In this document: piece after piece, positions 37,480-50,373 of the stretch
Position numbering within the stretch: the stretch's first letter is position 1
How the letters are laid out: every line of letters begins with the position of its first letter
Source: Chara braunii
Taxonomy: Eukaryota > Plantae > Charophyceae
Length of the DNA: 56,426 bases
Assembly: GCA_003427395.1 (NCBI GenBank)
Contig: BFEA01000031.1
Location: 2,607,737-2,664,162 of the forward strand
Reading direction: 5' to 3'
Made by a program: the position numbers and the translations under genes
The notes under the pieces: model-generated
The model's database searches: none
Seen by the model: the letters and a program-made list of their open reading frames with translations, nothing else
Told to the model about the DNA's origin: nothing

Positions 37480-38076
37480 ATTACGCTTCTCACACATGGC
37501 AATACCCCCCCCCTCCAACCGAGGGCAATCCTCGTCACCCGCAAACGAACGCTCCTCCAGTTCGCCGCCAGAACCCTGCCCCTCCTCAGGCTTCTCACAG
37601 CGAATTGCAACCTCCTCAATAAGGAAAGCAGCCGGGATACAAGCGTCATCTGCTTCATACAAACAATCCTGCGACACACACAGCACCTGCCCCTCCTCAG
37701 GCCCCGCGCCATGCAGTCCCTCCCAAAGTTCGACGAGGATTCCCTTCACTTTCCCCAACACTTCAGTACAACCCCCCAACTCCGCCGTCACCTGTGCTTT
37801 TTTGATAGCACCCAACCGTTGAAAAGGAAGATTTTCACGAAGCTCCTCCTCCCAACCACTGAACAGCTCCTCACCCTCCTCCACAAGGTCCGCTGGTAGA
37901 TTGTGTTGATGTTGAATAAGCACCCCGTAGATCTCCTCTATCTGTTGCCTATACATCCGCACCATCTCCAGCGCGGCTCCCTCCTCTCCAAGCATGGCAG
38001 CTTCCTGCATGGCCGCCGCCTCCATCGCCATCTGCGTTGTAGATGAAGTCATAATTGAGGTCGCTATTGTCATCAA
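37108..38076 (-). CDS. Repeat-borne ORF: acidic helical N-part + poly-Asn from (AAC)n
   Basis: 322-codon open frame containing the (GTT)n tract 37421-37479; its upstream leader is shared with 1645-1815. Confidence 0.35.
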
Positions 38077-38390
38077 TCTTGTTGTTGTTATATCTTATTA
38101 TGCTGTCGAAACCACTCCCCAAACAGCTGCGCTACCTCTTTAGTCAAAACTTAATTCCATCACAAAACTTAATTCCATCACGCGGATGTGCCGTCTCCTC
38201 GAGCTGCCACGTGGAGAATCCCCATCTACGTCCGGGCCGAAGCACCAGACGGGCACTAGGACGACCAAGTACAGTGATGGCACGACATCACCACCTCTGC
38301 ACCAGTCTACGGAGTGCGGCCGGGCCTTGCCGGCCGGTCCGCAGCGCAAGTTAGCGCTAGTAGCGCCGTCAAGAGTCACCATTAACCCGG

Positions 38391-39023
38391 CACCTACTCC
38401 TAAGGCTTATACAGGGGACCCCTGCGAACATAGCTTCGTTGTCTCCTTCCAGCCATCAGAGGGCATGCATCCTGTTTGCATTGGTTCATGCACAGATTTA
38501 TGTGAAATAATTCCCGGAGCTTTGACTTCTACACGTCTTCGCTCTACAGCGCCTAAAGCACCTTTTACCCTACCTACCACTACTCCTAAGGCTTATACGG
38601 GGGACCCCTGCGAACATAGCTTTGTTGTCTCCCTCCATCCATCAGAGGGCATGCATCCTGTTTGCATTGGTTCATGCACAGATTTACGTGAAATAATTCC
38701 CGGAGCTTTGACTTCTACACATCTTCGCTGTACAGCGCCTGAAGCACCTTTTAGGCTAACGCAAAAGCACTTTGCCAGTAGCTGCGCCTCCGTTTTCATC
38801 GTCCCCCACCCCAATGGAATAACAGCAGTGTCTAAGGTCAACACTCTCCCACACACCTCACACAACCCACTCACACTCATACCCCCGTGTTGGCTAAGAG
38901 GTATCAAGCAGACTGTCTTCGGTGGTCGGCACTAACTACGCCAACTGCGCCGCAGGCGGTTGTGGGGCTCAAACCAACAACCTTCTGAATGCCACTCGCG
39001 TGCCTAACCAACTGAGGTAGGCC
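38391..39023 (-). mobile_element. tRNA-derived SINE with tandemly duplicated ~185-bp 3' part
   Basis: Head GGCCTACCTCAGTTGGTTAGG..CATTCAGAAGG..GGTTTGAGCCC; near-identical units ~38394-38567 and ~38580-38752. Confidence 0.75.
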
Positions 39024-39703
39024 ACTTGATGGTGCTAGTGATTTAATCATTACCATGATATGTTTGCTGGCTTGTCCTATCAGGAGAAAAAAGAAAATAA
39101 GAACTCAATGCGAGCCCCCAGGCCTCAGCGGCCCTGAGCAGGCGTGCAGCAAATTCAGGCCCAGTCCTAAGTGAAAGCCACACCCCATTACTGTAAGGGC
39201 CCAGTGCAGGTGCCCAGCTAACTACCTGTAGGACCTCTGTCGAGACCCCGACCGGGCAGGTACCTGGGCCACAATCCAGGCCTTGGAGGCTCGGACTCTA
39301 TAGTCAACACCGTCGCTCTGAGAACAGAGCGAAAAGAAGGAGGCCGAGGCGATTGACACATTCAGGCAGTGACAGCATGCGGGAGTGCCGGAGCAGCGCA
39401 TACAGCCAGCAAGCGCCCTGGGCGAAAGAGGGCAGCAGAGCGGTAGCTGCCGCCTGCGCTTGCCATGGCTGAAGGAGGGAAGTGCAGAGCACTGGGAGTG
39501 GGTGGTGAGGAGAAAGGAGGAGCACAGTGGGGGACAAGCTGATACTCACCTGGTGTTGCCCGAGGAGTGCCTCATGTGATCAGACTCTTCAGCGACATCT
39601 TGCCAGAGGAGTTCCGGGAGAGCGATTGAGAGGGAGTAGGCTAATGTGTCTAGGTGAGTAGGAGAGTAGTATAGGTGGACACATTATAGAGGGCTACTAC
39701 ATT

Positions 39704-39917
39704 GTTTTTTTTTGTATACGAAGTCCAGGGTGTTGTAGAGGCCAGTTACTTGGCGCACAGTGATTGCCAGGAGCGGTCAGCCATGGTTGTCCAGAGAAGA
39801 TGAGGCCACCTCCCATCCCATCCTCGCTTCAATACTCCTAGCGCACCCCCCATCCTACTATCCTACCTCAGTGTGACACACTCAGGACCATCACCCTACC
39901 CGCAGGCAGGCAACTTG
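39704..39917 (-). repeat. Second copy of the 15185-15415 poly(A)-tailed repeat
   Basis: Colinear reverse-complement similarity. Confidence 0.7.
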
Positions 39918-39951
39918 TTGTTGTATCTATTGTTGGAGGCATACAGAGGGC

Positions 39952-40195
39952 TTTTATTATTTATTAAATTACTATTTATTTTATTTTATTTTTTATTTTT
40001 ATTTTTATTTTTTTAGGAAAAACTTCTGATCTGGAAAAACCTACTTACCGAGGTGATAAGAGCATCCCCGGTAAGTAGGCCCCAGTGTTGAAGGCTCCAT
40101 CTATTGGTGGGGAGCTGCACCTGCTGGAAATCGGGTCCAGCGTCCCTGTACAATGATGTGATGTGTATAAGCTGGAAAACGGGTCCAGCGTCCCT
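39952..40195 (-). repeat. Module with duplicated PK1 + H3 + A-rich tail
   Basis: H3 40040-40079, module 40093-40147, extra PK1 40171-40195. Confidence 0.85.
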
Positions 40196-40367
40196 ATACA
40201 GTGATGAATGTATATTCATACCGCACATCCTATATTTGTCTGTATATGTTTGTATATGTTTGCGTGTGTTTGTGTATGTTTGTCACTCACTATTTATCAA
40301 TAGATGGACCTGCCACGAAACTCTAACAAAGATATGCTGTATGTGTTCTCTATCAATCAATGTAATC

Positions 40368-41066
40368 CATCTATTGGTGGGGAGCAACACCTGCTGGAAA
40401 CCGGGTCCAGTGTCCCAAAAATACATCTTTGTGAAACAGTACATCTTAAAAGTGACGTCATTGTACTGGAGTCCGGATATCCTATCCACTATCCACTCGT
40501 TCCATACCTATCCTGCAGCAGGGTCGGGTATTGGGGGGAGAAACACTGGGGGGCACCAGTGGCGTCTCCCTCCCTCCCCTAGCCGCCGCCATCCGCCTAC
40601 TATCCTCATGACTCCTATTGTGTCTTTGTATCTTTGCGCTCTGCAGTGACATGTATATATGGGGAAAAAAAACAGCAGCAGGAAATTAGCTGAATTATAC
40701 TGACCTGCTGGAAACCGGGTCCAGCGTCCCATAAATTCTTCTTTAAATTCTACTTCATAAGTCATCATCCTTTGAAGTGATGCGTGCTGGGAACCGGGTC
40801 CAGCGTTGGTCGTCCAAAGCCTCTATCGGCTACTCCGTCTATTGATATTGCTGGAAACCGGGTCTCATGCAACCGGTAGTATTTCTTCCAAGGCCAGCTG
40901 GTGGGGTGGGAAAGGGTCTTCGAAGTCCTGAGCAGGTCGTAGCGGGGTGCCGGGATCAATCGTGGTCCAGTCGTGCCAGGCAAAGCCTCAATCCCGGTGG
41001 TTCTCTTACCACCACCAGGATAGAGGCCATGCACAAGGGCCTTCATGAAAAAAAAAAAAAAAAAAA
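40368..41066 (+). mobile_element. Twin-primed (5'-inverted) LINE-C-family insertion with 16-bp TSD
   Basis: TSD ATCAAT(C/G)AATGTAATC at 40352-40367 and 41067-41082. H3 + poly(A) on plus (~40975-41066). Inverted 3' UTR and ORF2 end at 40368-~40974, homologous to 11457-12007. Confidence 0.8.
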
Positions 41067-41898
41067 ATCAATGAATGTAATCACCAAACCCTAACAATGA
41101 TGTGATGTGTGTGATGTTTATCAATCAAGTCTAAACACAAAGCTCTATCCCTGATGTGATATGTATAATCTGGACGTCGAGCCCAGCCTCCATGATGCAT
41201 TAACTTGTGAAACTGTCAGGGGCATTGATTACTTCCCTGCGCAAGGGAAGGATTGACCTCCTGCAAACTAATCCCTAAATAGCCTGCCTTCAACCCACGG
41301 GGCGATCAGCACCCCTTTGGGCTTTTACTGTCAAGGGGCTTTTACTGTCAAGAGACGTCACTGTTCAAAACAAAAAAACACAAAAAAAACTGGTGTTCTC
41401 TCAACTTTGTAATTCTGCTTTCAACTCGGCTTATTCATTATTGGTCTTCTGTGAGCTTTTGCATCTAGAAAATTTTGTGTTCTCATTGGATGGTTCCTTG
41501 CATCTTTCCAGGGGCCTGAACCCATTAGCCAAGTATTCTACCACTTCGTTCAGGATTTCGATCACGTGTGGCCTCGAGTGACACAGTATGGCCGTCGAAT
41601 AGATCGGATCTTGACGGCCCGGTAGTTTCCGAGCGGGGACTGTAAAGATGCCCACCTCCTGTCCCATGAGATGCATCGAAAAAAAAAAAACCAACAAAGT
41701 TGGACATGATAGCTCGTGGCTTTGCGTGGGCGGGAAGTCAGGATTTTATGGACTCGAGAAGGGGGGGGGTTGATTTCCAGACTTTGTTTTCTTCTTTTTT
41801 GGCTCTGAGAAATCGAAGTTGAAATGTGAAATTCAGATATCGTGGTGGATCTGACAGGAACGCTTCCGCGTCTGTCGGATGGCCTGTTAGAGGCATCA

Positions 41899-43076
41899 TT
41901 TTTTATTTTTTTTTGGGAACAAGGCTCCAATCTATTCATGGGGAGCAGCACGTGCTGGGAACCGGGCCCAGCGTCCCATATGGAAATGCACATATAATTT
42001 TGAAGATTGAGATACCGGGGCCATTACCCGGCTTTGGCTCAGAAAAAATCGAAGCTACTTAGAAAATGACTACGACTCCACTAAACCAGCTGCCCCTGGC
42101 CCCCCTGCACACCCTATAACCAGTATTAACCACCACTCCTACCATCCCATCAACAGCTCATCCCCCCACAACCGACCTCAGGAAACACACAATGGGCTCC
42201 GGCCATGTCCGATTGGGGCGCAAAGACTTCAAGTACCAAGGGAGAGAGGGACACTGGATTACAAGGGAGGCGAAAGAAGAGGTCTGCAGACCGACAGGCG
42301 AATTGGCAGGATCAATGGTGACTGATGAAAAGCGACAGGATAGGCATCTATCATACATGTCCGCACAATCTGGCCAGATCGCTCCCTCCATCCTGAGGAC
42401 GCCTCACAGGACAAATGGAAAGTTCATCCCATCATGGACAAATCTGAGCAAGCTGTGTTCCAGTTTAATACTCACTCAAGGATCACAAATGGCCCAAGGA
42501 TCACAAATGGGTCATACACTGGGTTTAAGAGGGCAATAGGGTTTAAAGGGTTTTAAGAGATGAACACAGCCATGTTCGGGTAAAAGGTCTGCTGTGATAG
42601 GACTGCCTTATTATAAAAGGGATGGGACTGGGCAGCCCAGTATGGAAAGATCTGAGCAAAATGTGTCTCCTTTCAACATCCACTCAAGGATCACGAATGG
42701 TTCATACACTGATTCATACACTGGTTTTTGAGAGGATACAGGTTTANAGGGTTAAAAAGACAGACACAACTATAAGGGGGGCTGTGGAGACAGGGCTGGG
42801 TCATTAGATAAGGGGCAATCCAGAAAAGGGATGGGTGACACTAGCAGCTCTATGGGACAATGGAGGCCCAAGTTGAGACAGACATAGCCACGGCCCTGAG
42901 AGACAACAAACACCATTCTTTGTGCTACATGATGTATCAAAGGGATGCTGGACCCGATTTCCAGCAGGTGCCGCTCCCCGCCAATAGATGGAGCAGCCCG
43001 ACAGATAAACCCTCAATCCAGACGGTTCTCTTACCACCGCCAGGATAGAAGGCTTACGCAAGGGCTTTAAACCAAA

Positions 43077-43114
<38 letters not shown>

Positions 43115-45232
43115 GAAAATGACTACGACAAACTTCAGAATATGAACAGAATTCAGAAAACTACTCAGAACCCCCCCCCCCATCCATCCACTTTACCTCA
43201 CTCCNGCAAGACTTACTGCAGCAGAGCCACCATCTCCGCTGCTGCTATGCCCTATTCCCATCCTACCAGCTAGCCCCCTCACTAGTAGGACGCGTGATAT
43301 CCCACCATCTCCTTCCCCAGTCCCCCTCGTTCTTTTTTGGCTCAAAAAAAATTGAAGCTACTTAGGAAGTGACTACAACAAGCTTCAAGAATCAGCAGGA
43401 TTCAAAATCGAACTCGAAACCCACCCCCCCATCACTCCTCTGTTCCTCACTCCGGCAAGACTTACTGCAGCAGAGCCACCATCTCTACTGCTGCTATACC
43501 CTATTCCAATCCTACCAGCTAGCCCCCTCACTAGTAGGACGCATGATATCCCTCCGTCTCCTTCTCCCACTCACCTTGTTTCTTCTTTAGAATAGACCGC
43601 CGGGGTCCTAAAAGAAAATTAAAAAATCTCGACCTCCCTAACAAAATTTCCCAGAATTCCTCAAAGTTGTCTTACTCCCTGCCGAGCTCTTCCAGGCCTC
43701 ACGCCCCCACTTCCTGCTGGGTTACAGGGCAACACAACTCGCCCCAGCTCCGGCCAGCGTCATCCCAGCAGCAAACCTTGGTTGTCCCGTGAGATGCCCA
43801 CCCCAAAGCATCCCCTGATCTTTCTACCAGGCCTCACGCTCCTGCGTCAACAGGTTACAGGGAACCCCCAGCACCGGCCAGCGTCGTTCTGGCATCGAAC
43901 AACCACAAATCGCTGAGTATAACAACTTTAAAGCAGCCTGGGAAAAGTTGATAGAAGCCCCAGAATCCTAAACATTATCAAGTCCCCCTTAACGGACAAA
44001 CAGGATAAAATTAAAAAAAAAAAGGGGGGTCAAAACTAAAAATTAATACCAACTATCCTAAAATCCCCCTCTCAACAAGTGGACTGTCGGTCCCGGCTTT
44101 CGGTCCTCGTACCAGAACTCACCTGGTCTCATACCCCCCCTCTGCTAGGGTAACAGGGCACCACAGCCCACCCCAGTACCGACCAACCTAGTTCTGACGG
44201 ACAGGAAGTGCCTTCCTCCCTCAACAATTTCTTTAGCGGCAAACCCCTAAACAAGTTACAAGTCCACACCCCGGTGCCAACTACGTTGGACGATCTGGTT
44301 ATGCCTTCCACCCTCGACATAACTCCATGGACCTCAAGATCCCCCTGGGTCACAGAGCACAGCTCCAACACCGGTCTATGTCGTCCCAGCATCGTTCTCC
44401 GAACCTACTCACCTTAACTGGCATCTCCCGTCTGTTGAAAGTCCCCTTCATTCTTTCCATCCACCCGTTCTAATTTCCCCCTAGGCAACCATCAACAGAA
44501 AAAGCACCACCACAGTCATAGATCTTTTCATCGAAAATCAGATATGTATCGTATTTTTAAGAAGTGAAATTTAAAGATGAGGTCGATTAGTAATCAAGGC
44601 AATTTAGGTCATGAATTTTTGGCATCCAATTCAAAACAAAATTTCGAAAAGAGGAACTGAATAGGAAGTAGATTCTGATGTCCTCACATACTTTCGACTC
44701 TGATTTCCAGAACCCTAGTTCAAGAAATCGCTCAGACTGTAAATCAAGAAGTATTAAACAGAGAAAACCAATCGACAATCAACTCAGACAGTAATCAGAA
44801 AATTCTAAGCCAAAAAGTTGCGGCGAAAATGAATCGACAATCAAGACAGTAATATGAGAAAGTAAAAAGTACCAGCTACCGATAAATTTTTACTAAAAAA
44901 TCTGCATCAAGAATGCGACATGTAAAATCAGAGACTAAGATTTTTAGAAATCAGAACTAGAAGGTTACAACGCGAATTATTTGAGGTCGTTATGAGTCAT
45001 TGTCATCAAGAATCAAAACCCAACTGGCAAATTGATTGGAATTTTTATTAACAAATACGACCGAATCATAGAAATCAACAATATCGACTCAGGGAAGAAA
45101 GTACTCCCAGCTAGCATAAGAATGATCATAGTCCCACACAAAATCCCTTCCCTTCTCCTTCAACCAAACCATCCGCCTAACCACTCACCCTCCAAACCCT
45201 ACCCCACCGTCTTTGGGGGATGAAGAAAACCC
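41899..45232 (-). mobile_element. Family F2 ~2.3-kb non-coding retro-element, copy 1 (contains nested insert 42077-43113)
   Basis: 5' end 45140-45232 matches 48085-48170; internal ~250-bp tandem unit 43120-43590 matches 49840-50210; 3' end GAGATACCGGGGCCATTACCCGGCTTTGGCTCAGA is shared; variant-2 module 41923-41977 + T-tract. Confidence 0.7.
42077..43113 (+). mobile_element. 5'-truncated non-LTR passenger ending in module + H3 + poly(A), 16-bp TSD
   Basis: TSD AGAAAATGACTACGAC at 42061-42076 and 43114-43129; module 42941-42994; no RT motifs inside. Confidence 0.85.
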
Positions 45233-45321
45233 TTCCTCCCACTGCTAGCCACAAAAACATGGCAAAACTAGCTCCAAAGACATCAACGGCCAGCTTTCAT
45301 CTCGTGAAGAGGGAAAACCAG

Positions 45322-46360
45322 TGTAACACTCCTTGACAAGCTTATTAACAAGTTGTTACAGGGGGTTCAGACCACCTACCCAAACCACTTACCATCCGGT
45401 TGAAGAAGAAGGAAGTCCGCCTGATCGAAAAAATACTTTCCTTGAAGATGACCCAAGAAGACGCAGAACTCGCTATTTAGCTTTTAAGCACGAACGTGAA
45501 AGCAGCGGACCGACAAGATTAATCGCTCCCATCATATGCTCTTGTTTGCCATTCCCATCACCTGCTCCCTCTTGCACTCCCCCACACGTGCCCAAAAACA
45601 ATCCTGATCGCCCTCCACGTGCATAAGCCTCCTCACATGCGCCAATCACCATCGCACCTTAGCTCATGCTACCGGGAGCGCTGCGCCCTACGCGATTTCT
45701 GACGCTGCCATACCTCGCGTGAATTTTGAGACGGTTGTTTCCCGCGTAAATGTATCCCCATACCCACTACTTGTTCATCCTCGTGGCTGTGTTCGTGGAC
45801 ATATTTTATTGCCGCGGTACATCAGTATGAAGACTTACGTGAAGGAGATCGTACCAACCCATGAATTCGGGTGCACAACTGTTCTTCATAGTCTTATGGC
45901 TATTTCAATCCATTTTAAATCAGAAAACAATTCATTCATGCAAATACAAAATCACTTTGTATTTTCCAAAAAACCATAAAATTGCGTTTCACATCGTAGA
46001 ATATTGCGCTGACCCGCATTCTCAGGAGGGATCATCAAGGAGTCATCATCAAGGGAGCTGGTCATTTTTGTTTTTTTGATTGTTTATCTTGTGCAGGTTA
46101 TCCATCAAGAGCATCAAGATTATCATCATTGTCATCTCTGCGGGGAATCATCATCCGGAGTCGTTCATACTAAAGTGTATCAATTCATAATTCTTCATTA
46201 CGGGTCAATGAGTCATCTTCTTCACTGGCCATTATCTTCCTACTAATTGTCATCTTATTTTATTATTACAACAATAATGAGCTGTCAATCTTCCACACCG
46301 GTGCCATTAGGGCATCACAAGTTCAAACATTCCTTATTTATTTCTCGCCAATTTTATTTT

Positions 46361-46405
<45 letters not shown>

Positions 46406-46539
46406 GTTTTTTTATTCTTTTTTTCATCAATCAGTAGATATCTCTGTGTTGGTGGTTATATTCTCTTCGCCCAGATTGGTTATGGTCTAGTTGGTAGGTA
46501 GGTTGGTTAGTAAGGGAGCGCTACTCCGCGGGGGTGACA
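45322..46539. mobile_element. Possible solo LTR
   Basis: TGTAACACTC ... GGGGGTGACA termini; non-coding; contains (CAT)n 46363-46402; no clean TSD. Confidence 0.3.
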
Positions 46540-47039
46540 CAAGGTGGGAGGTGATCGCCCTCTAGGGAGTAGAAGCAGATGATGGGAGCTGACCTGGGCT
46601 AGGGCTGGGAGATATGTATGGGGGCACATTATATCCTGGCGGAGGCAGACTAGGTCAGAGTGTCAGATTTGAGGTACACCTTTTGGGGGAACTGGTTACT
46701 TCAAGGCAGAAGGGAATGGGGAGGATATCTCTCTCGTTGGGGCTGATAGGAACTTCATACTGATAGTGGGGTTCAGATCAGCGGAGGCAGCGAGAGGAGA
46801 ACAGGAGAACAGGAAACGAGGTAAGAGGAGGAGAGCACATGGAGGAGGGGGAGGGGTGGAGAGGAATGGTCATCAGCATCCTCATCATTATACACCAATT
46901 TAGTGATCATCTCAGGGTACTCGTCAAATTTCATCATCAGAAAAGTTTTTTATCAGGATTCTGATATTATCAGATCCTAGATTTCTAGTTGGCATTCTAG
47001 CTTAGCTAATTTCCTAATTGAGCCTTTTTTTGTAATGGC

Positions 47040-47609
47040 CAGGTTGAGTTGGCGCTAGAACGACGCTGGCCAGTGCTGGGGCGGTGCCCTGTAACCTGCT
47101 TTAGTAGGAGCTTGAGGCTTTGTATAGAGGCCTGGGATTGCCGAGGGAGGAAGGTGATCTGCAAACTTGACTAATGGCTACAATCTGGCCGACAATGGTC
47201 GGAGCTGGGGTAGGTAGCGCTGCCCTGTAACCGAGCCAGAATGGGGTGTGAGACCAGGAAGAGGCCTGATTGGTGCACATCACAGGCTCAGTTGTGATTG
47301 GTTGGTTGGAATGGATACATGAATTTAGGGAGAGGATAATATTTGAGTGTTGGGTAGACATACTAGACAATCATTCTGATTAGTCATCATCTATCTCTAT
47401 TTCATGATCTCAATCATCCACTCTATCATCCAGAATCATCCTCATTCATCCTAAATGACCCTCAATCATCCCAAATTATCATCAATGATCATCAATGATC
47501 AGCAATCATGAATGTATTTCCATTATAAGGGACGCTGGGCCCGGTTCCCAGCACATGCTACTCCCCGTGAATAGATTGGAGCAATTAAAAAAAAAAAAAA
47601 AAAAAAAAG
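47040..47609 (+). repeat. F2-related 3' fragment with variant-2 module (47528-47582) + poly(A)
   Basis: Shares blocks with 43690-43900 (reverse) and 30880-31262. Confidence 0.75.
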
Positions 47610-48000
47610 AATACTTCGCTAGTGGGTCCTGGCCCCAGATTGAAAGCAAAAAAATTAACAAATAAGATATTGAACGAATAATCAGGAAAATTCATGGTAG
47701 AGGTTATTTCCCTCCTTTTATGGTCAAAAAGGAATGTCGGAGAGTGTTGTCAAGTGGAGCCTGCACTTCCACTTACACCTATTCACAATAAGAAAGAGGG
47801 GTGGTACCCTGAAGGTCATTCCTTGGTCCTTCCTCTCGTATACTCGATTTACATCCCCATTTCCGGAGCCATCTTGATGTATGAATGATCCTCTTATCCA
47901 TTTTGGATCACATAACATGCCCACCCACTTGTGTGCTATTGTTGTGCATACAGTGCACAGGTGTACTGCAAGACCCATTCCCCCCTCCCCCGCCCCCCAT

Positions 48001-48055
48001 GCTCCAATCTATTCGTGGGGAGCGACACATGCTGGAAACCGGGCCCAGCACCCCT
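48001..48055 (-). repeat. Isolated variant-2 pseudoknot module
   Basis: GCTCCAATCTATTCGTGGGGAGCGACACATGCTGGAAACCGGGCCCAGCACCCCT on plus. Confidence 0.8.
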
Positions 48056-48084
48056 TCTGTTTTTTTTTTTTTTTTTTTTTTTTT

Positions 48085-50373
48085 GGAGTTTTCCTTCCCC
48101 AAGGATGCATGGGTAGGGTTTGAGGGGTACGAGGTAACTGTGGTTTGGTTGAGAAAGAAGGGATGGGAGATTGCTTTCTATTGGATTAGGATTCTGCCCA
48201 CGCATGGCTTGGATGTCTGATTTGGGGCTGTTCTTTCTGAATTTTTTCAGAGCTCCCATACATAATTGCTTGTATTAGTCCACGTTGCATTAGTCTACAC
48301 TTAGTGTCCTTCTGATCCTCTCAGACGGTTTCTGGATGAAATTTTCCTCAATACTTGTATTTCGTGAGCAAGGGTCATAATCTGGAAATCGTAGTTATAA
48401 TTTTTTCAACAAGGATTTTTCAATTCTCAATTTCCATAATCGTTTTTCTTTAGTGTCATTCTCAAAATTTTTCGAATATCTCTGATCTATCTTTGATTTC
48501 CTTCTTAATTTTCCATGGTAGAAGTTCGAAATCTAATGAACATCGTTTTTTGAATACCTAATTCTAAATTCGTATTATCTCGTATCTCTTTTCCTAAATA
48601 GTATATCTTGTATAAATTTAATTCCTGTTTGTAATCGAATTCCTACGTTTTTTGAGTCGATAAGTGTTTTTTCTAAATTCGACCTAATTCTACTCGTTAG
48701 ACTATCGTAAGACTTCTGATCAGGGGGCTCATGAGATGGTCAAATGGAATCTCCCCTAGGGTCTGGGGTTTTCTTGCTTTGAAGTAGGGGGTGGAAGGCA
48801 TCAAAGGATTCTTTGCAAGGATAGAGAGGGGGTAAAATAGGGCTGGTCAACGGGTACCGGCTAGGGGGAGCCCTTAACAGATGCGATTGGCGTTGGGTAG
48901 TCAGGCTGTCCAAGGGGTACCGGCTGTTGACGGCGACCTTTAGCGCAATTGGCGTTGGGCAGTGTTGTTCACTTCCTTGATGACGGAGACTGAAATTCTT
49001 GTGGGGGCAAGGAATTTCAGGATGATGATGGTGCCTCCCCCTGAGATAAGCTATTCTCTGGGCTCCTTACGAGGACGGAGTTGGGAAGGTGAATAAGGTC
49101 CTTCCCTTCGATGATGGAGGCGGGATCTTTCAGTTCGTATGTTTCAGGGCTTGCCGGTTTCCTATTTTTGTTCTATATTTCGTCGGAGGATTGTCAGAGG
49201 TTCGTCAAGTTGTCAGAAGTCGTCACATGTCTTTTAGTAGCCAAGGCATGGTAATGGCTCTGGCATCTCATTATTCTCCTATTAAAAACCTAACGGGATA
49301 TCTTGTGGAACTTTTGGGAACCTGCTTTCAAGTAAGGGGGCAGGGGGGCATCAAATGATTTTTTACAAGGACGGAGAGGGGGAGGAAATAGGGCTGCTCG
49401 ATGGGTACCGGCTAGAGGGGCCTCTTATCAGATGCGATTGGCGTCAGGTAGTTTACGCTGGCTGATGGGTACCGGCTGATGAGAGGGAACTCTGGCGCGA
49501 TTGGCATTAGGTAGTGCTAGTTCACCACCTTGACGACGGAGACTGGGATTCTTGTGGGGGCAAAGAATGTGAGGGTGATGATAGTGCTCGGCCCCCGCTG
49601 AGAAGAGGCTCTCTGAAGTTCTTCACAACGACGGAGTTGGGAAGGACAGAGGTGATTGGGAAGGAGGAAGTTGGTAGTGGATGCGATTGGCGCTGAAATT
49701 TCGGCGGGTACCGGCCACTGGCCGCTAACTTCACCCGGATCAGTCTGCGTTTCTTCCCTTCAATGATGGAGGCAGGATTGTTCTGTGGGGCTATTTTTCC
49801 AAAAAGAGGTTGAGTGGGATGAATAGATGGTTGGATGTCAAGCGTCCTACTAGTGAGGGGGCTAGCTTGTAGGATGGATATAGGGCACAGCAGCAGTGGA
49901 GATGGTGGCTCTGCTGCAGTAAGTCTTGCTGGAGTGAGGTAAAGTGGATATGATGGGGGGGTCTATTTTGAAGCTTCTGTAGTGAAAAAAAGAGAATAAG
50001 GTGAGTGGAAAAGATGGTGGGTTATCACTCGTCCTACCAGCGAGGGGGCTAGCTGGTAGGATGGGAGTATGGCATAGCAGCAGCAAGATGGTGGCTCCGC
50101 TGCAGTCAGTCTTGCCAGAGTGAGGTAAAGTGGATTGATGGGGGATCTTCTGAGTTGTTTCTGAATTTTGCTTAATCATGAAGTTGTCATAGACATGTCT
50201 GAGGTAGCCTCAATTCTCTGAGCCAAAGCCGGGTAATGGCCCCGGTATCTCAGTTTTCAAAATTCCATCCTTAGGCCAATTAGAATTTTCTAGTAGTTTC
50301 GTCTCATTTTCATGGAATTTTCTGATGAGTTTTCTGAACGTACTCATTATGGGACGCTGGGCCCGGTTCCCAG
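48085..50373 (+). mobile_element. Family F2 copy 2, cut inside PK1 of its module
   Basis: Homology to copy 1 at both ends; internal duplications (~48797-49087 vs ~49347-49642; two ~180-bp units 49840-50145); ends GGGACGCTGGGCCCGGTTCCCAG. Confidence 0.7.

Noticed and set aside
37096-37899. Plus-strand poly-Val / poly-Leu membrane protein ORFs
   Set aside because: Antisense shadows of the (AAC)n tract.
40093-40864. CRISPR-like repeat-spacer appearance of GCTGGAAACCGGGTCCAGC units
   Set aside because: Spacers range from ~20 to ~290 bp, units are dispersed on both strands with poly(A) tails and TSDs, there are no cas genes, and the context is eukaryotic LINE 3' UTR.
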